Virus record (IMG/VR): IMGVR_UViG_3300017902_000071
Span: 1 to 25,489 of that record
Reading direction: 5' to 3' (one strand)
DNA: 25,489 nt
Origin: a virus
Taxonomy: Duplodnaviria > Caudoviricetes
The position numbers and the translations under genes were made by a program. Under the pieces are notes generated by a model. That model made no database searches. It saw only the letters and a list, made by a program, of their open reading frames with translations, and was not told where the DNA came from. Positions 8,603 to 16,425 of the stretch are shown here, piece after piece (the stretch's first letter is position 1; each line of letters starts with the position of its first letter).

Positions 8603-9514
8603 ATGGGAACCCTAAATGTTTCTAACATAAATGCTAATAATGTAGACGTTAACGGAACTCTAGAGGTTGATAGTGTTACCTCTACAGTAACTCTGACAGC
8701 TGTGTCTTCTAGTCAAAGACCTCAAAATGCTGCACAGGGAACAATTATTTGGAACACAGATACTCTGGAAGTAGAAGTTTGGAATGGTACTGCGTGGGTA
8801 AATATTTCTAAAAAATCTGGTGGTGCATTACCTACTGATGGTATGAGAGTATATCTAGATGCTACAAATACTGATTCATATCCTGGCAGTGGAACTACTT
8901 GGACAGATTTAAGTGGTTATGGAAATAATTTCCAGATAGTAAATGGAGCATTTAAAGGTGGTGCAGGATCAATGACTGGTTACATGGATTTCCAAGGTAA
9001 TCATGGTCAAGCAAAAAATGGTGGAGATATTTCTTTAAGTGGTGATGTTAGTTATGTTGTTGTAACTAGAATTAAAAATTCTACGGGTCAATGGAGGACA
9101 TTAACTAGATCATATAATGCTGACCACCATGTTATTGTTCAGTCTGGTGCGTGGAATATTGGAATGTATGATAACAATGGTTCTGGATTTATAGGAACTG
9201 GATATTCTCAACAATCTTTACCAGGTTATGCTAGTAATAGTTTTATGGTTATGGTTTGGAGATGGAGTAATAATGATAATCCAACATATGAATTGCATGT
9301 AGATGGTATTTCTAGAGGATCTATTAGTAATTCCAATGCTAGATATAATAGAGGTTTTGGATCTATAGGTGGATACCATAGTGGTAATACAAATCCTAGT
9401 AGTGGATCTCAGTGGTGGGGAGACATAAGATTATTTGCTGCCTATGCTAGAAGAATTACTACTTCCGAAATTGCTGAAATACAGAATGCTATGTCAAATC
9501 AGGGGTACATTTAA
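8603..9514 (+). CDS. Short fibre/adhesin with LamG/concanavalin A-like domain
   Basis: Fibre module RPQNAAQGTIIWNTDTLEVEVWNGTAW, then YLDATNTDSYPGSGTTWTDLSGYGN..LHVDG..IGG..WWGDIRLFAAYARRIT..EI, a LamG-like pattern. Confidence 0.7.
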   Translation: MGTLNVSNINANNVDVNGTLEVDSVTSTVTLTAVSSSQRPQNAAQGTIIWNTDTLEVEVWNGTAWVNISKKSGGALPTDGMRVYLDATNTDSYPGSGTTWTDLSGYGNNFQIVNGAFKGGAGSMTGYMDFQGNHGQAKNGGDISLSGDVSYVVVTRIKNSTGQWRTLTRSYNADHHVIVQSGAWNIGMYDNNGSGFIGTGYSQQSLPGYASNSFMVMVWRWSNNDNPTYELHVDGISRGSISNSNARYNRGFGSIGGYHSGNTNPSSGSQWWGDIRLFAAYARRITTSEIAEIQNAMSNQGYI

Positions 9515-10401
9515 TGGGTCAAGTTAATGCAGGAAAATTTATTGCTAGTACAGGAATAGAATTTCCTAGTTACACTACAAATAATAGACCAACTAATCTT
9601 GGAGCAGGAGCAACCATATACAATTCCGACAATGAAGAGTTAGAAACTTGGAATGGTGAAGAGTGGATGGTAATTGGTGGTGGATCAGATCCAGATGGAT
9701 CTTCTCCAGATAAAGCAGCGACTAGTGCTGCAGCAATATTACAAGTAAATCCTAGTGCACCAGATGGTGTGTATTGGATCAACTTACCCACTGTAGGACC
9801 TAAACAAATATATTGTGCACTAAGTTCAAATCATCTTGGTGGTGGTGGGTGGATGTTAGCATGGAAATGCACTAGAGGATCTACGTTTGGATATAACTCA
9901 AACTATTGGACAAGTGCAAATGTATATAATGAAACTTCTGGATTAAATCTTAATGATGGTGATCATAAGAATCATGCTTTCAATCATTATGTTGCTGGTT
10001 CTATTGCAGCAGTATTTCCTGACTTAAATAATGGTGGGCAATCAAGTGTACCATATAGTGCTTGGACATGGAAACAAAGTGGTGTAGGACAAACTGCATT
10101 GACTAGATTACAAAGTAATCAACAGTTGTCTAGTAATCCTCGTGGAGAGAGTAGTATGTCTGGTTCTGGATTTTCTAATCAGAATGGATATCAGTGGTAT
10201 GGATTTAATTACACAGGAAATAATAACAACAGAGTTCGTTGGGGATTTGGTTGGAATAATGAAGGAGATCAAAACTCTAATGATGTTAGTGGAGGAATAG
10301 CACCCGTAAGATCTGGAGCAAGTGCGGGAGATCATATCTATTGTTGCCAAGGAACAACTGGTGTAAATAGAACTATAAGAGCTGAGATTTGGGTACAATG
10401 A
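9514..10401 (+). CDS. Short fibre/adhesin with fibrinogen-like domain
   Basis: RPTNLGAGATIYNSDNEELETWNGEEW module, then DGSSPDKAATSAAAIL..PDGVYWI..QIYC..GGGWML, and a C-terminal RWGFGWNNE..EIWVQ. Confidence 0.7.
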   Translation: MGQVNAGKFIASTGIEFPSYTTNNRPTNLGAGATIYNSDNEELETWNGEEWMVIGGGSDPDGSSPDKAATSAAAILQVNPSAPDGVYWINLPTVGPKQIYCALSSNHLGGGGWMLAWKCTRGSTFGYNSNYWTSANVYNETSGLNLNDGDHKNHAFNHYVAGSIAAVFPDLNNGGQSSVPYSAWTWKQSGVGQTALTRLQSNQQLSSNPRGESSMSGSGFSNQNGYQWYGFNYTGNNNNRVRWGFGWNNEGDQNSNDVSGGIAPVRSGASAGDHIYCCQGTTGVNRTIRAEIWVQ

Positions 10402-10772
10402 AATTAACACCAGAGGAATATTTAAAAATTCTACATCGTAGAAATGAGATAGAACTTACTGCAGATGAGATTCAGTTCATAAAAGATGAGAGAATGGCAG
10501 AGCACACTGAGTGGAGTACATATTTACATTATCTTAAAAAAATTACATTTAAGAAAAATGATGTAACTGCTCATCCAGAAATAGCAGAAAAAGTATTGAT
10601 TGCTGGAAAGGCATTGAAGGTTGGAGATATAGATATTGATCAATTCCAAAACATGACATATGGATACAGTAAAGAACAATATCCTGAGATAGCATATATT
10701 GTAGGACAGATAATTAATTGCTATAGATATCCAGTGACAGAACCGAAAGTCGCCGATATTCCACCCTTATAA
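10398..10772 (+). CDS. Hypothetical protein (possibly fibre-associated)
   Basis: ATG at 10398 overlaps the upstream stop (ATGA). 124-aa ORF MKLTPEEYLKIL... with no recognised motif. Confidence 0.6.
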   Translation: MKLTPEEYLKILHRRNEIELTADEIQFIKDERMAEHTEWSTYLHYLKKITFKKNDVTAHPEIAEKVLIAGKALKVGDIDIDQFQNMTYGYSKEQYPEIAYIVGQIINCYRYPVTEPKVADIPPL

Positions 10773-10775
10773 ATA
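10768..10775 (+). promoter_or_regulatory. T4 late promoter (TATAAATA)
   Basis: Exact T4 consensus, upstream of the 10801 ATG. Confidence 0.75.
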
Positions 10776-10800
10776 TAAGAAACTATTCACTTTGATAATC

Positions 10801-11001
10801 ATGGATCCTGCAAAATTAAAGTCAAACTTTGAGGAGCAAATTGCTAAGACCGAAACACAAATAAAAGAATTAGAAGACAGTTTAAAGAAGGCAACAGAAT
10901 ATAAAATTAAACTGCAAGGAGGACTAGAAACTCTAGGTCTTTTAGAGCAAGAAGATGCACCAGCACCTGACTCAGCACCAGCAAGCGTTGAACCTTCCTA
11001 A
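10801..11001 (+). CDS. Small coiled-coil hypothetical protein
   Basis: MDPAKLKSNFEEQIAKTETQIKELEDSLKKATEYKIKLQGGLETL: heptad pattern with the LQG.LE motif common in cyanophage small proteins. Confidence 0.7.
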   Translation: MDPAKLKSNFEEQIAKTETQIKELEDSLKKATEYKIKLQGGLETLGLLEQEDAPAPDSAPASVEPS

Positions 11002-11004
11002 ATA
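10997..11004 (+). promoter_or_regulatory. T4-type late promoter (CCTAAATA)
   Basis: TAAATA overlapping the upstream stop, 24 nt before the g13 ATG. Confidence 0.6.
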
Positions 11005-11028
11005 GGAACGAAGGGATAATAGTATCTA

Positions 11029-11829
11029 ATGGCATCGCCCGCAAGTAAATCTGATCTGATTACATATTGTAAAAGGAATTTGGGAGAACCTGTACTACAG
11101 GTCAATGTTGATGATGAACAAGTAAACAATGTTATAGACGACACATTTCAGTTCTTCCAAGAGAACTGTTACAATGGCATGGAGCGTTGCTATCTTGTGC
11201 ATGAGATAACTGCAGATGATAAAACTCGTCTTGCAGCAACTACTAGCACAACAGCTGGTACTACAACTTGGAAGGAAGCAACAAACTTTATACCTATACC
11301 ATCCCATGTGGTTGGTATCAGTAAGGTATTTGGAATGGTAGGTAACTCTATTCGTTCTAACTTATTTGGTATTGAGTATAGAATATTCTTAAATGATTTG
11401 TATGCTTTTGGATCCCTTGATATCTTAAACTACTACATGACCAAGCAATATCTAGAGACTCTAGATATGGTTTTAAATAATGGTTCATTCCAGCAGTTTA
11501 GATATACTCAGCGTCGTGATCGTTTGTATCTTGACATAGATAAAGACTTCTTACAAGAGGGACAAAATCTATTGATAGAAGCTCATCGTATGATAGACCC
11601 AGACGATGCAACAGAAATGTATAATGATGTGTTTGTAAAAAGATATGCTACTGCAAGATTAAAAAAGCAGTGGGGTCAGAATTTAATCAAATATAACAAT
11701 GTACAATTACCAGGCGGTGTAACACTAAATGGTCGTGAGATCTACGAAGACGCACTCGCAGAAATTGAGAAAATTGAATCAGAAGTTCTCAGTAAGTATG
11801 CAATACCACCAATGGATATGATCGGATAA
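11029..11829 (+). CDS. g13: Neck protein gp13
   Basis: LITYCKRNLGEPVLQVNVDDEQ..KKQWGQNLIKY..QLPGGVTLNG. Position at the head of the g13-g23 block. Confidence 0.95.
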   Translation: MASPASKSDLITYCKRNLGEPVLQVNVDDEQVNNVIDDTFQFFQENCYNGMERCYLVHEITADDKTRLAATTSTTAGTTTWKEATNFIPIPSHVVGISKVFGMVGNSIRSNLFGIEYRIFLNDLYAFGSLDILNYYMTKQYLETLDMVLNNGSFQQFRYTQRRDRLYLDIDKDFLQEGQNLLIEAHRMIDPDDATEMYNDVFVKRYATARLKKQWGQNLIKYNNVQLPGGVTLNGREIYEDALAEIEKIESEVLSKYAIPPMDMIG

Positions 11830-11830
11830 G

Positions 11831-12721
11831 ATGCCTACAAGTCCCTACTTCCCAACTTATCATGCAGGACATTCTGGTGAACAGAATCTTGCACAAGATC
11901 TTGTGGACGAACAAATTAAACTATTTGGTTCTGACGTATACTATCTACCTAAAACAGTTTTAGCAGATAGCACATTGGATGAAGTCAGATACACTAAGTA
12001 TCAAGATCAATTCCAAATTGAAATGCTACTTGTAAATGTAATGGGTTTTGGAGACAACGCAGAATTTATAAGTAAGTTTGGTTTGCGTATTACAGACGAG
12101 ATTATATTTCGTGTGTCTACAAAAAGGTGGACAGAAGAAGTAGCAGAACATAGCATGTCTGCAAAACTTACAGTTCCTGATAGACCTAATGAAGGAGATT
12201 TATTATATTATCCTCTCACACAGAATTTGTATGAAATTAAGTATGTTGGAAAGGAAGAACCATTTTTCCAGTTTGGTAAGATACAATTTTATGCAATCAC
12301 TGCAGAACTATACGAGGTTGGTTCAGACGATCTTGCTACTGGTATTGCAGAGATAGATGCAGTAGAAACATTATTTGATACTGCAATTGCTCTCACAATG
12401 GGAGTTGGTGGTACAGGAGATTTTGCTGCTGGTGAAACAGTAACTGGTGGTACTACTTCTACAACTGCAGAGGTTAAGTCTTGGGATAGTTCTACAAGAA
12501 TACTACAAGTACAAAATAGAACTGGAACATTTGCAGCAAACGAATCACTTACTGGTAACAATAGTGGTGCTGTCTGGGTAGTATCTACCTTTGACACATT
12601 ACAAAATACTAATAGTGAATACGATGCAAACAGAGCCATAGAAGATACTGCTGACAATATAGTTGATTGGACAGAAGGTAATCCATTTGGTGAGTTTGGT
12701 AATTTTACAGGTAGCATATAA
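11831..12721 (+). CDS. g14: Neck protein gp14
   Basis: EQNLAQDLVDEQIKLFGSDVYYLP..SKFGL..RPNEGDLLYYPL..PFFQFGK..EGNPFGE. Confidence 0.95.
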   Translation: MPTSPYFPTYHAGHSGEQNLAQDLVDEQIKLFGSDVYYLPKTVLADSTLDEVRYTKYQDQFQIEMLLVNVMGFGDNAEFISKFGLRITDEIIFRVSTKRWTEEVAEHSMSAKLTVPDRPNEGDLLYYPLTQNLYEIKYVGKEEPFFQFGKIQFYAITAELYEVGSDDLATGIAEIDAVETLFDTAIALTMGVGGTGDFAAGETVTGGTTSTTAEVKSWDSSTRILQVQNRTGTFAANESLTGNNSGAVWVVSTFDTLQNTNSEYDANRAIEDTADNIVDWTEGNPFGEFGNFTGSI

Positions 12722-13521
12722 TGTTAGGTAATCATTTCTATCATCAAATAGTTCGTAAGAACATTATAGCATTTGGAACTCTCTTCAATAATATTGTAAT
12801 GAAGAGCACAGATCCAAGCACTGGTGATGTATTAGAAGAAATTAAAGTTCCGTTAGCATACGGTCCTAAGCAAAAATTTATCGTAAGACTAGAAGAAAAT
12901 ACTAGCAGCAGAAAGGTAGCAATCACTCTACCAAGAATTTACTTTGAGATGACAAGTATTGATTACGATCCTACTCGTAAAACATCTCCTATTCAAAAAT
13001 ATAAAAATATAATCAATGACAATGGTGGTGAAGTAAGAGTGCAGTATGTTCCTGTACCATACAATCTATCATTTGAACTTGGTGTAATTGCTAAGTCACA
13101 AGATGATGCTCTACAAATTACCGAGCAGATACTACCATACTTTCAACCATCATTCTCAATGACTCTCAATCTAATTCCTGACATGGATGAAAAGAGAGAC
13201 ATTGCTATTGTTTTAAACAATGTGTCTTATGAGGACACATGGGATGATAGTTTCTATGAGCGTAGATATATTGTATACACTTTACAGTTTACTGTGAAGA
13301 CATACTTATACGGTCCTTACAACACTGCTGATGTTATCAAGAAAGCAATCATACATGAGACACTTGGTGATAGAGCAGTTAACCGCAGAACTGTTACCAG
13401 AACATATACACCAGTTGCCAAGACTGATATTAATCAGGATGGTAATATAGATGCAGCAGATACTGCATTACTAGATGCTGGTGATGATTTTGGATTTAAT
13501 GAAGGGATAGAATTCTTATGA
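12721..13521 (+). CDS. g15: Tail sheath stabiliser / tail terminator gp15
   Basis: FYHQIVRKNIIAFGTLFNNI..KVPLAYGPKQKF..LPRIYFEM..PVPYNLSFEL..EQILPYFQP. Confidence 0.95.
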   Translation: MLGNHFYHQIVRKNIIAFGTLFNNIVMKSTDPSTGDVLEEIKVPLAYGPKQKFIVRLEENTSSRKVAITLPRIYFEMTSIDYDPTRKTSPIQKYKNIINDNGGEVRVQYVPVPYNLSFELGVIAKSQDDALQITEQILPYFQPSFSMTLNLIPDMDEKRDIAIVLNNVSYEDTWDDSFYERRYIVYTLQFTVKTYLYGPYNTADVIKKAIIHETLGDRAVNRRTVTRTYTPVAKTDINQDGNIDAADTALLDAGDDFGFNEGIEFL

Positions 13522-13919
13522 GTCTAGAAGAAAACATGGAGGACATTCTTAACATGGAGGTAGAACCTGTTAAGAAACCTAACGTACCAAAAGTAAAATC
13601 AAAAGATGATGATCTAGAAAAAGATTATGAATATACTCGTGGAGAATTGTATAGTCTTATAGATCAGGGTCAAGAGGCAGTCAGAGGTGCACTAGAAGTT
13701 GCACAAGAGAGTGGTCACCCTAGAGCATATGAAGTTGCTGTAGCAGCAATGAAACATGTTGCAGACATGACAGAGAAATTGCAAGATTTACATAAAAAAA
13801 TGAAAGACCTTGGTGAAGAAGTAAAAGGTCCTAAAAATGTTACCAACAATGCTATGTTCGTTGGTAGCACTACAGATTTGCAAAAAATGCTCAAGCAAAT
13901 GGGCGGTGGCAAGAGATAA
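13518..13919 (+). CDS. g16: Terminase small subunit gp16
   Basis: DYEYTRGELYSLIDQGQEA..HPRAYEV..TNNAMFVGSTTDLQKML. Confidence 0.95.
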   Translation: MSLEENMEDILNMEVEPVKKPNVPKVKSKDDDLEKDYEYTRGELYSLIDQGQEAVRGALEVAQESGHPRAYEVAVAAMKHVADMTEKLQDLHKKMKDLGEEVKGPKNVTNNAMFVGSTTDLQKMLKQMGGGKR

Positions 13920-13922
13920 CTG

Positions 13923-13930
13923 CATAAATA
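13923..13930 (+). promoter_or_regulatory. T4-type late promoter (CATAAATA)
   Basis: Intergenic ATAAATA 23 nt before the 13954 ATG. Confidence 0.7.
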
Positions 13931-13953
13931 GATCTGTATAACCTGATGGTATT

Positions 13954-14265
13954 ATGATAGATTACAAAGAATTTAAAAGACTTAGCGAGTCTGCCATACA
14001 GGATAACGAGATTTTAGATGAAGCAGCCTGGACAAAAAAGGCTGGCAAGAACAAAGAAGGTGGACTTAATGAGAAAGGAAGGAAGTCTTACGAAAGAGAA
14101 AATCCTGGATCTGACCTTAAAGCACCAACAAAGAAGGTTGGAAATCCCCGTAGGGCATCCTTTTGTGCTAGAATGAGTGGAATGAAAAAGAAATTAACTT
14201 CAAAGAAAACTGCCAGAGATCCTGATTCCCGCATAAACAAGTCACTTAGGAAGTGGAATTGCTAA
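13954..14265 (+). CDS. Basic conserved phage protein (DUF6321-like), possible internal head protein
   Basis: AAWTKKAGKNKEGGLNEKGRKSYERENPGSDLKAP..RRASFCARM..SRINKSLRKWNC, preceded by an acidic leader. Confidence 0.7.
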   Translation: MIDYKEFKRLSESAIQDNEILDEAAWTKKAGKNKEGGLNEKGRKSYERENPGSDLKAPTKKVGNPRRASFCARMSGMKKKLTSKKTARDPDSRINKSLRKWNC

Positions 14266-14290
14266 TATAGTAGTGTAGTAATACATTGCT

Positions 14291-14446
14291 ATGAGATTTA
14301 AAAACGATGACATATACCGTCTGATAAGGGCATGTGAACTTTATCAAGAAAATACGGGTTCCGAATGGATGTGGGAACAATACAAAAAATTAATTGATAA
14401 GCTACAACTCTATCAAGAACAACATCTAACTTCCGCAGAGGAGTAA
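14291..14446 (+). CDS. Small hypothetical protein (51 aa; not in ORF track)
   Basis: MRFKNDDIYRLIRACELYQENTGSEWMWEQYKKLIDKLQLYQEQHLTSAEE*; resembles a recurrent cyanophage small protein. Confidence 0.7.
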   Translation: MRFKNDDIYRLIRACELYQENTGSEWMWEQYKKLIDKLQLYQEQHLTSAEE

Positions 14447-14452
14447 ATATTG

Positions 14453-14461
14453 TGCTATAAT
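14453..14461 (+). promoter_or_regulatory. Putative extended -10 sigma70-type promoter
   Basis: Intergenic TGcTATAAT 21 nt upstream of the 14483 ATG. No good -35 element. Confidence 0.45.
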
Positions 14462-14482
14462 ATTTTCAGAACAAATGAGAAT

Positions 14483-14737
14483 ATGAGTGGCGACAATATA
14501 CACGGGAAGCAACCCGTAAAATTCTATTCAGACGAATTGACACACACAAAATTATCATTACTAGATATGAAACTCAAACCATTATATTCTGATAGAGAAT
14601 ATGAACTTATACTTGATGCACTAGAACGTAGAAGAACTAATTTTATTGCTGGAGATAAAATGTATAAAGAGTATGGTGCTTTAATAAAAGAAGTAGAGAG
14701 AATATCTGGTGTAAGTTATAAGAGGATCATTGTTTAG
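14483..14737 (+). CDS. Hypothetical protein
   Basis: MSGDNIHGKQPVKFY..YSDREYELILDALERRRTNFIAGDKMYKEY. ATG at 14483 preferred over TTG at 14450; an alternative ATG lies at 14567. Confidence 0.65.
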   Translation: MSGDNIHGKQPVKFYSDELTHTKLSLLDMKLKPLYSDREYELILDALERRRTNFIAGDKMYKEYGALIKEVERISGVSYKRIIV

Positions 14738-14777
14738 TCAGTGAGTCCTCACATAGTAATTTATACTTATTAAAAAT

Positions 14778-14785
14778 AATAAATA
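14778..14785 (+). promoter_or_regulatory. T4-type late promoter (AATAAATA)
   Basis: Intergenic, followed by a GGAG RBS and the ATG at 14810. Confidence 0.55.
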
Positions 14786-14809
14786 ATATTGTATTGGAGT
14801 TGAAAGATC

Positions 14810-14971
14810 ATGTCCCATTACACACTTGCTTGGCACGATAGTCAAGACACAGAACACGAAATCTGCGAATATGCAAACGATGCATTTGAAGCAGCAAGAA
14901 ATGCGAGAAAGGATGTTCCCTATCTACAGGAACATCCTTTTTCTTTATATGCTATAATTAAAGAAACATGA
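14810..14971 (+). CDS. Small cyanobacterial-type hypothetical protein coupled to PTOX (53 aa; not in ORF track)
   Basis: MSHYTLAWHDSQDTEHEICEYANDAFEAARNARKDVPYLQEHPFSLYAIIKET*, with a GGAG RBS. The stop overlaps the PTOX ATG (ATGA). Confidence 0.75.
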   Translation: MSHYTLAWHDSQDTEHEICEYANDAFEAARNARKDVPYLQEHPFSLYAIIKET

Positions 14972-15471
14972 AAAAAATAAACACACTCGTACTAGATGTT
15001 ACAATATACATTCTAGACTTTCTCTACAGAGGTAGAGACTTTCAAAGGTTCTGGGTTTTAGAAGTAATTGCCAGAGCACCATACTTTGCATTTATCAGTG
15101 TGTTACATTTTCGTGAAAGTCTTGGACTTAGAGGCGAAGATCATGTATACTTAATGAAGGAACACTTTTATCAGGCACTCAATGAAACAGAACATTTGGA
15201 AGAAATGGAACTTAGGGAGGGCGATAAGTACTGGATTGATCGGTTCTTTGCCAAACATCTTGTTCTATTTTATTATTGGGTCATGGTTGTTTACTATCTC
15301 ATTAATCCTATGGACGCTTACGACATCAACATGAAGATTGAGAAGCATGCTTATGAGACATACGTCAAGTATGGTGCATATCATCCAGAGGATAAAAAGA
15401 TACAAGAAATAGCAAATGATGAACTAGAACATTCTAAAGAACTACATAAAGCAATGTTAATGATAGCATGA
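14968..15471 (+). CDS. ptox: Plastoquinol terminal oxidase (alternative oxidase family)
   Basis: RFWVLEVIARAPYFAF.SVLHF.ESLG, HFYQALNETEHL, IEKHAYETY, IANDELEH: the di-iron carboxylate ligands of PTOX/AOX. Confidence 0.95.
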   Translation: MKKINTLVLDVTIYILDFLYRGRDFQRFWVLEVIARAPYFAFISVLHFRESLGLRGEDHVYLMKEHFYQALNETEHLEEMELREGDKYWIDRFFAKHLVLFYYWVMVVYYLINPMDAYDINMKIEKHAYETYVKYGAYHPEDKKIQEIANDELEHSKELHKAMLMIA

Positions 15472-15623
15472 GATATCACATTTACTGGCAAGATAAAATC
15501 CTTATCAAGGATTTAGATGAAGACGAGTTCAAAGATATATGGGGAAAGATGCACTGGGTTTACAACAGTGAGTTAAATTTTGTTGAGGTAGGAGAACCTA
15601 TATTAGAGGAGCATTCCTGTTGA
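15468..15623 (+). CDS. Small hypothetical protein (51 aa; not in ORF track)
   Basis: MRYHIYWQDKILIKDLDEDEFKDIWGKMHWVYNSELNFVEVGEPILEEHSC*. ATG overlaps the PTOX stop (ATGA). Confidence 0.7.
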   Translation: MRYHIYWQDKILIKDLDEDEFKDIWGKMHWVYNSELNFVEVGEPILEEHSC

Positions 15624-15624
15624 C

Positions 15625-15750
15625 ATGGTAGTCTGGGGAGTAATTATCATGGTTGCAATACTTGTTGTAACCGTCTCTTGGTACATCTACTATATACTAA
15701 AGATGTCATTTATGGAGATGAAAGATGGGAGTGATGACACCACCAAGTAG
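15625..15750 (+). CDS. Small single-pass membrane protein (41 aa; not in ORF track)
   Basis: MVVWGVIIMVAILVVTVSWYIYYILKMSFMEMKDGSDDTTK*. Separated from the previous stop by 1 nt. Confidence 0.65.
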   Translation: MVVWGVIIMVAILVVTVSWYIYYILKMSFMEMKDGSDDTTK

Positions 15751-16186
15751 GAAGTCCTGCTATAATTTTAGAGTAACGGAGATAAATCGTGTTGTTGACG
15801 GCGATACTATTGATGTCACCATTGATCTTGGGTTTGACCTATACAAGAAAGAAAGAGTTAGAATTGCAGGAGTTGATACGCCAGAGAAAAGAACAAGAGA
15901 TCTGGAGGAGAAGGCACTGGGACTAGATGCTACTAATTGGATGAAAGAAAAATTGGAGGGAGCAATTGATGGAGATGATGAACTTATTATACGAACTGAA
16001 CTTAAAGGTGGGATGGGTAAGTATGGTCGCTTGCTTGGTTGGTTATATATTGGTGATGCAGAAGTATCGCTCAACGAACAAATGATTGACGAAGGATACG
16101 CTTGGGGGTATGATGGTGGAACAAAACAAAAGAATTTTGAAGAACTTCGTGAAATACGAAGGTCTTTTGGCACACTTATAGAATAA
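15725..16186 (+). CDS. Staphylococcal nuclease (thermonuclease)-like endonuclease
   Basis: RVVDGDTIDV.IDLGF..RVRIAGVDTPE..GKYGRLLG..LNEQMIDEGYA. Confidence 0.9.
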   Translation: MGVMTPPSRKSCYNFRVTEINRVVDGDTIDVTIDLGFDLYKKERVRIAGVDTPEKRTRDLEEKALGLDATNWMKEKLEGAIDGDDELIIRTELKGGMGKYGRLLGWLYIGDAEVSLNEQMIDEGYAWGYDGGTKQKNFEELREIRRSFGTLIE

Positions 16187-16191
16187 CTATT

Positions 16192-16425
16192 ATGAAAAGT
16201 AGAATGATTGATGCTCTCAAAGCATCCGCTAATGGAGAGATTAAAAAACACCTAGTTAATATTGATGTTTACTTACACAATCCTGTTGGTATTGGAGAGC
16301 ATTCTAATATTATGGATGCTGTTATACAGGAACTAGATGCAATTTCTAAACATCATGATAGGTTAGAAGTATTAGAAAAATATGTAGAGGGTAGAGAAAA
16401 GAATAACTGTTTCAAATATTCATGA
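16192..16425 (+). CDS. Conserved hypothetical phage protein
   Basis: GEIKKHLVNIDVYLHNPVGIGEHSNI..ELD.I motif. Coupled to the next gene (ATGA). Confidence 0.75.
   Translation: MKSRMIDALKASANGEIKKHLVNIDVYLHNPVGIGEHSNIMDAVIQELDAISKHHDRLEVLEKYVEGREKNNCFKYS

Noticed and set aside
12395-12580. Gly/Thr-rich insert in gp14 (FAAGETVTGG...FAANESLTG) as an intein or mobile insert
   Set aside because: No intein splice motifs. It looks like the small repeated beta domain common in cyanophage structural proteins.
14741-14770. Palindrome GTGAG-TC-CTCAC and a possible NtcA box upstream of the ptox unit
   Set aside because: GTA and TAC are 5 nt apart rather than the 8 needed for NtcA. The 5-bp palindrome is too short to support a call.
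15620-15650. TTGACA -35 hexamer
   Set aside because: The best -10 (TATCAT) is 19 nt away, and there is no good match at 16-18 nt spacing.
15758-15766. TGcTATAAT extended -10 motif
   Set aside because: It lies inside the nuclease coding sequence (codons C-Y-N) with no nearby downstream start. It also shows that such motifs can arise by chance.
15760-16251. 163-aa minus-strand ORF, and similar ones at 12289-12717, 20520-20975, 6778-7113 and 16934-17272
   Set aside because: Antisense shadows of well-supported plus-strand genes. They are Ser/Pro-rich, carry no recognisable motifs and have no evident expression signals.
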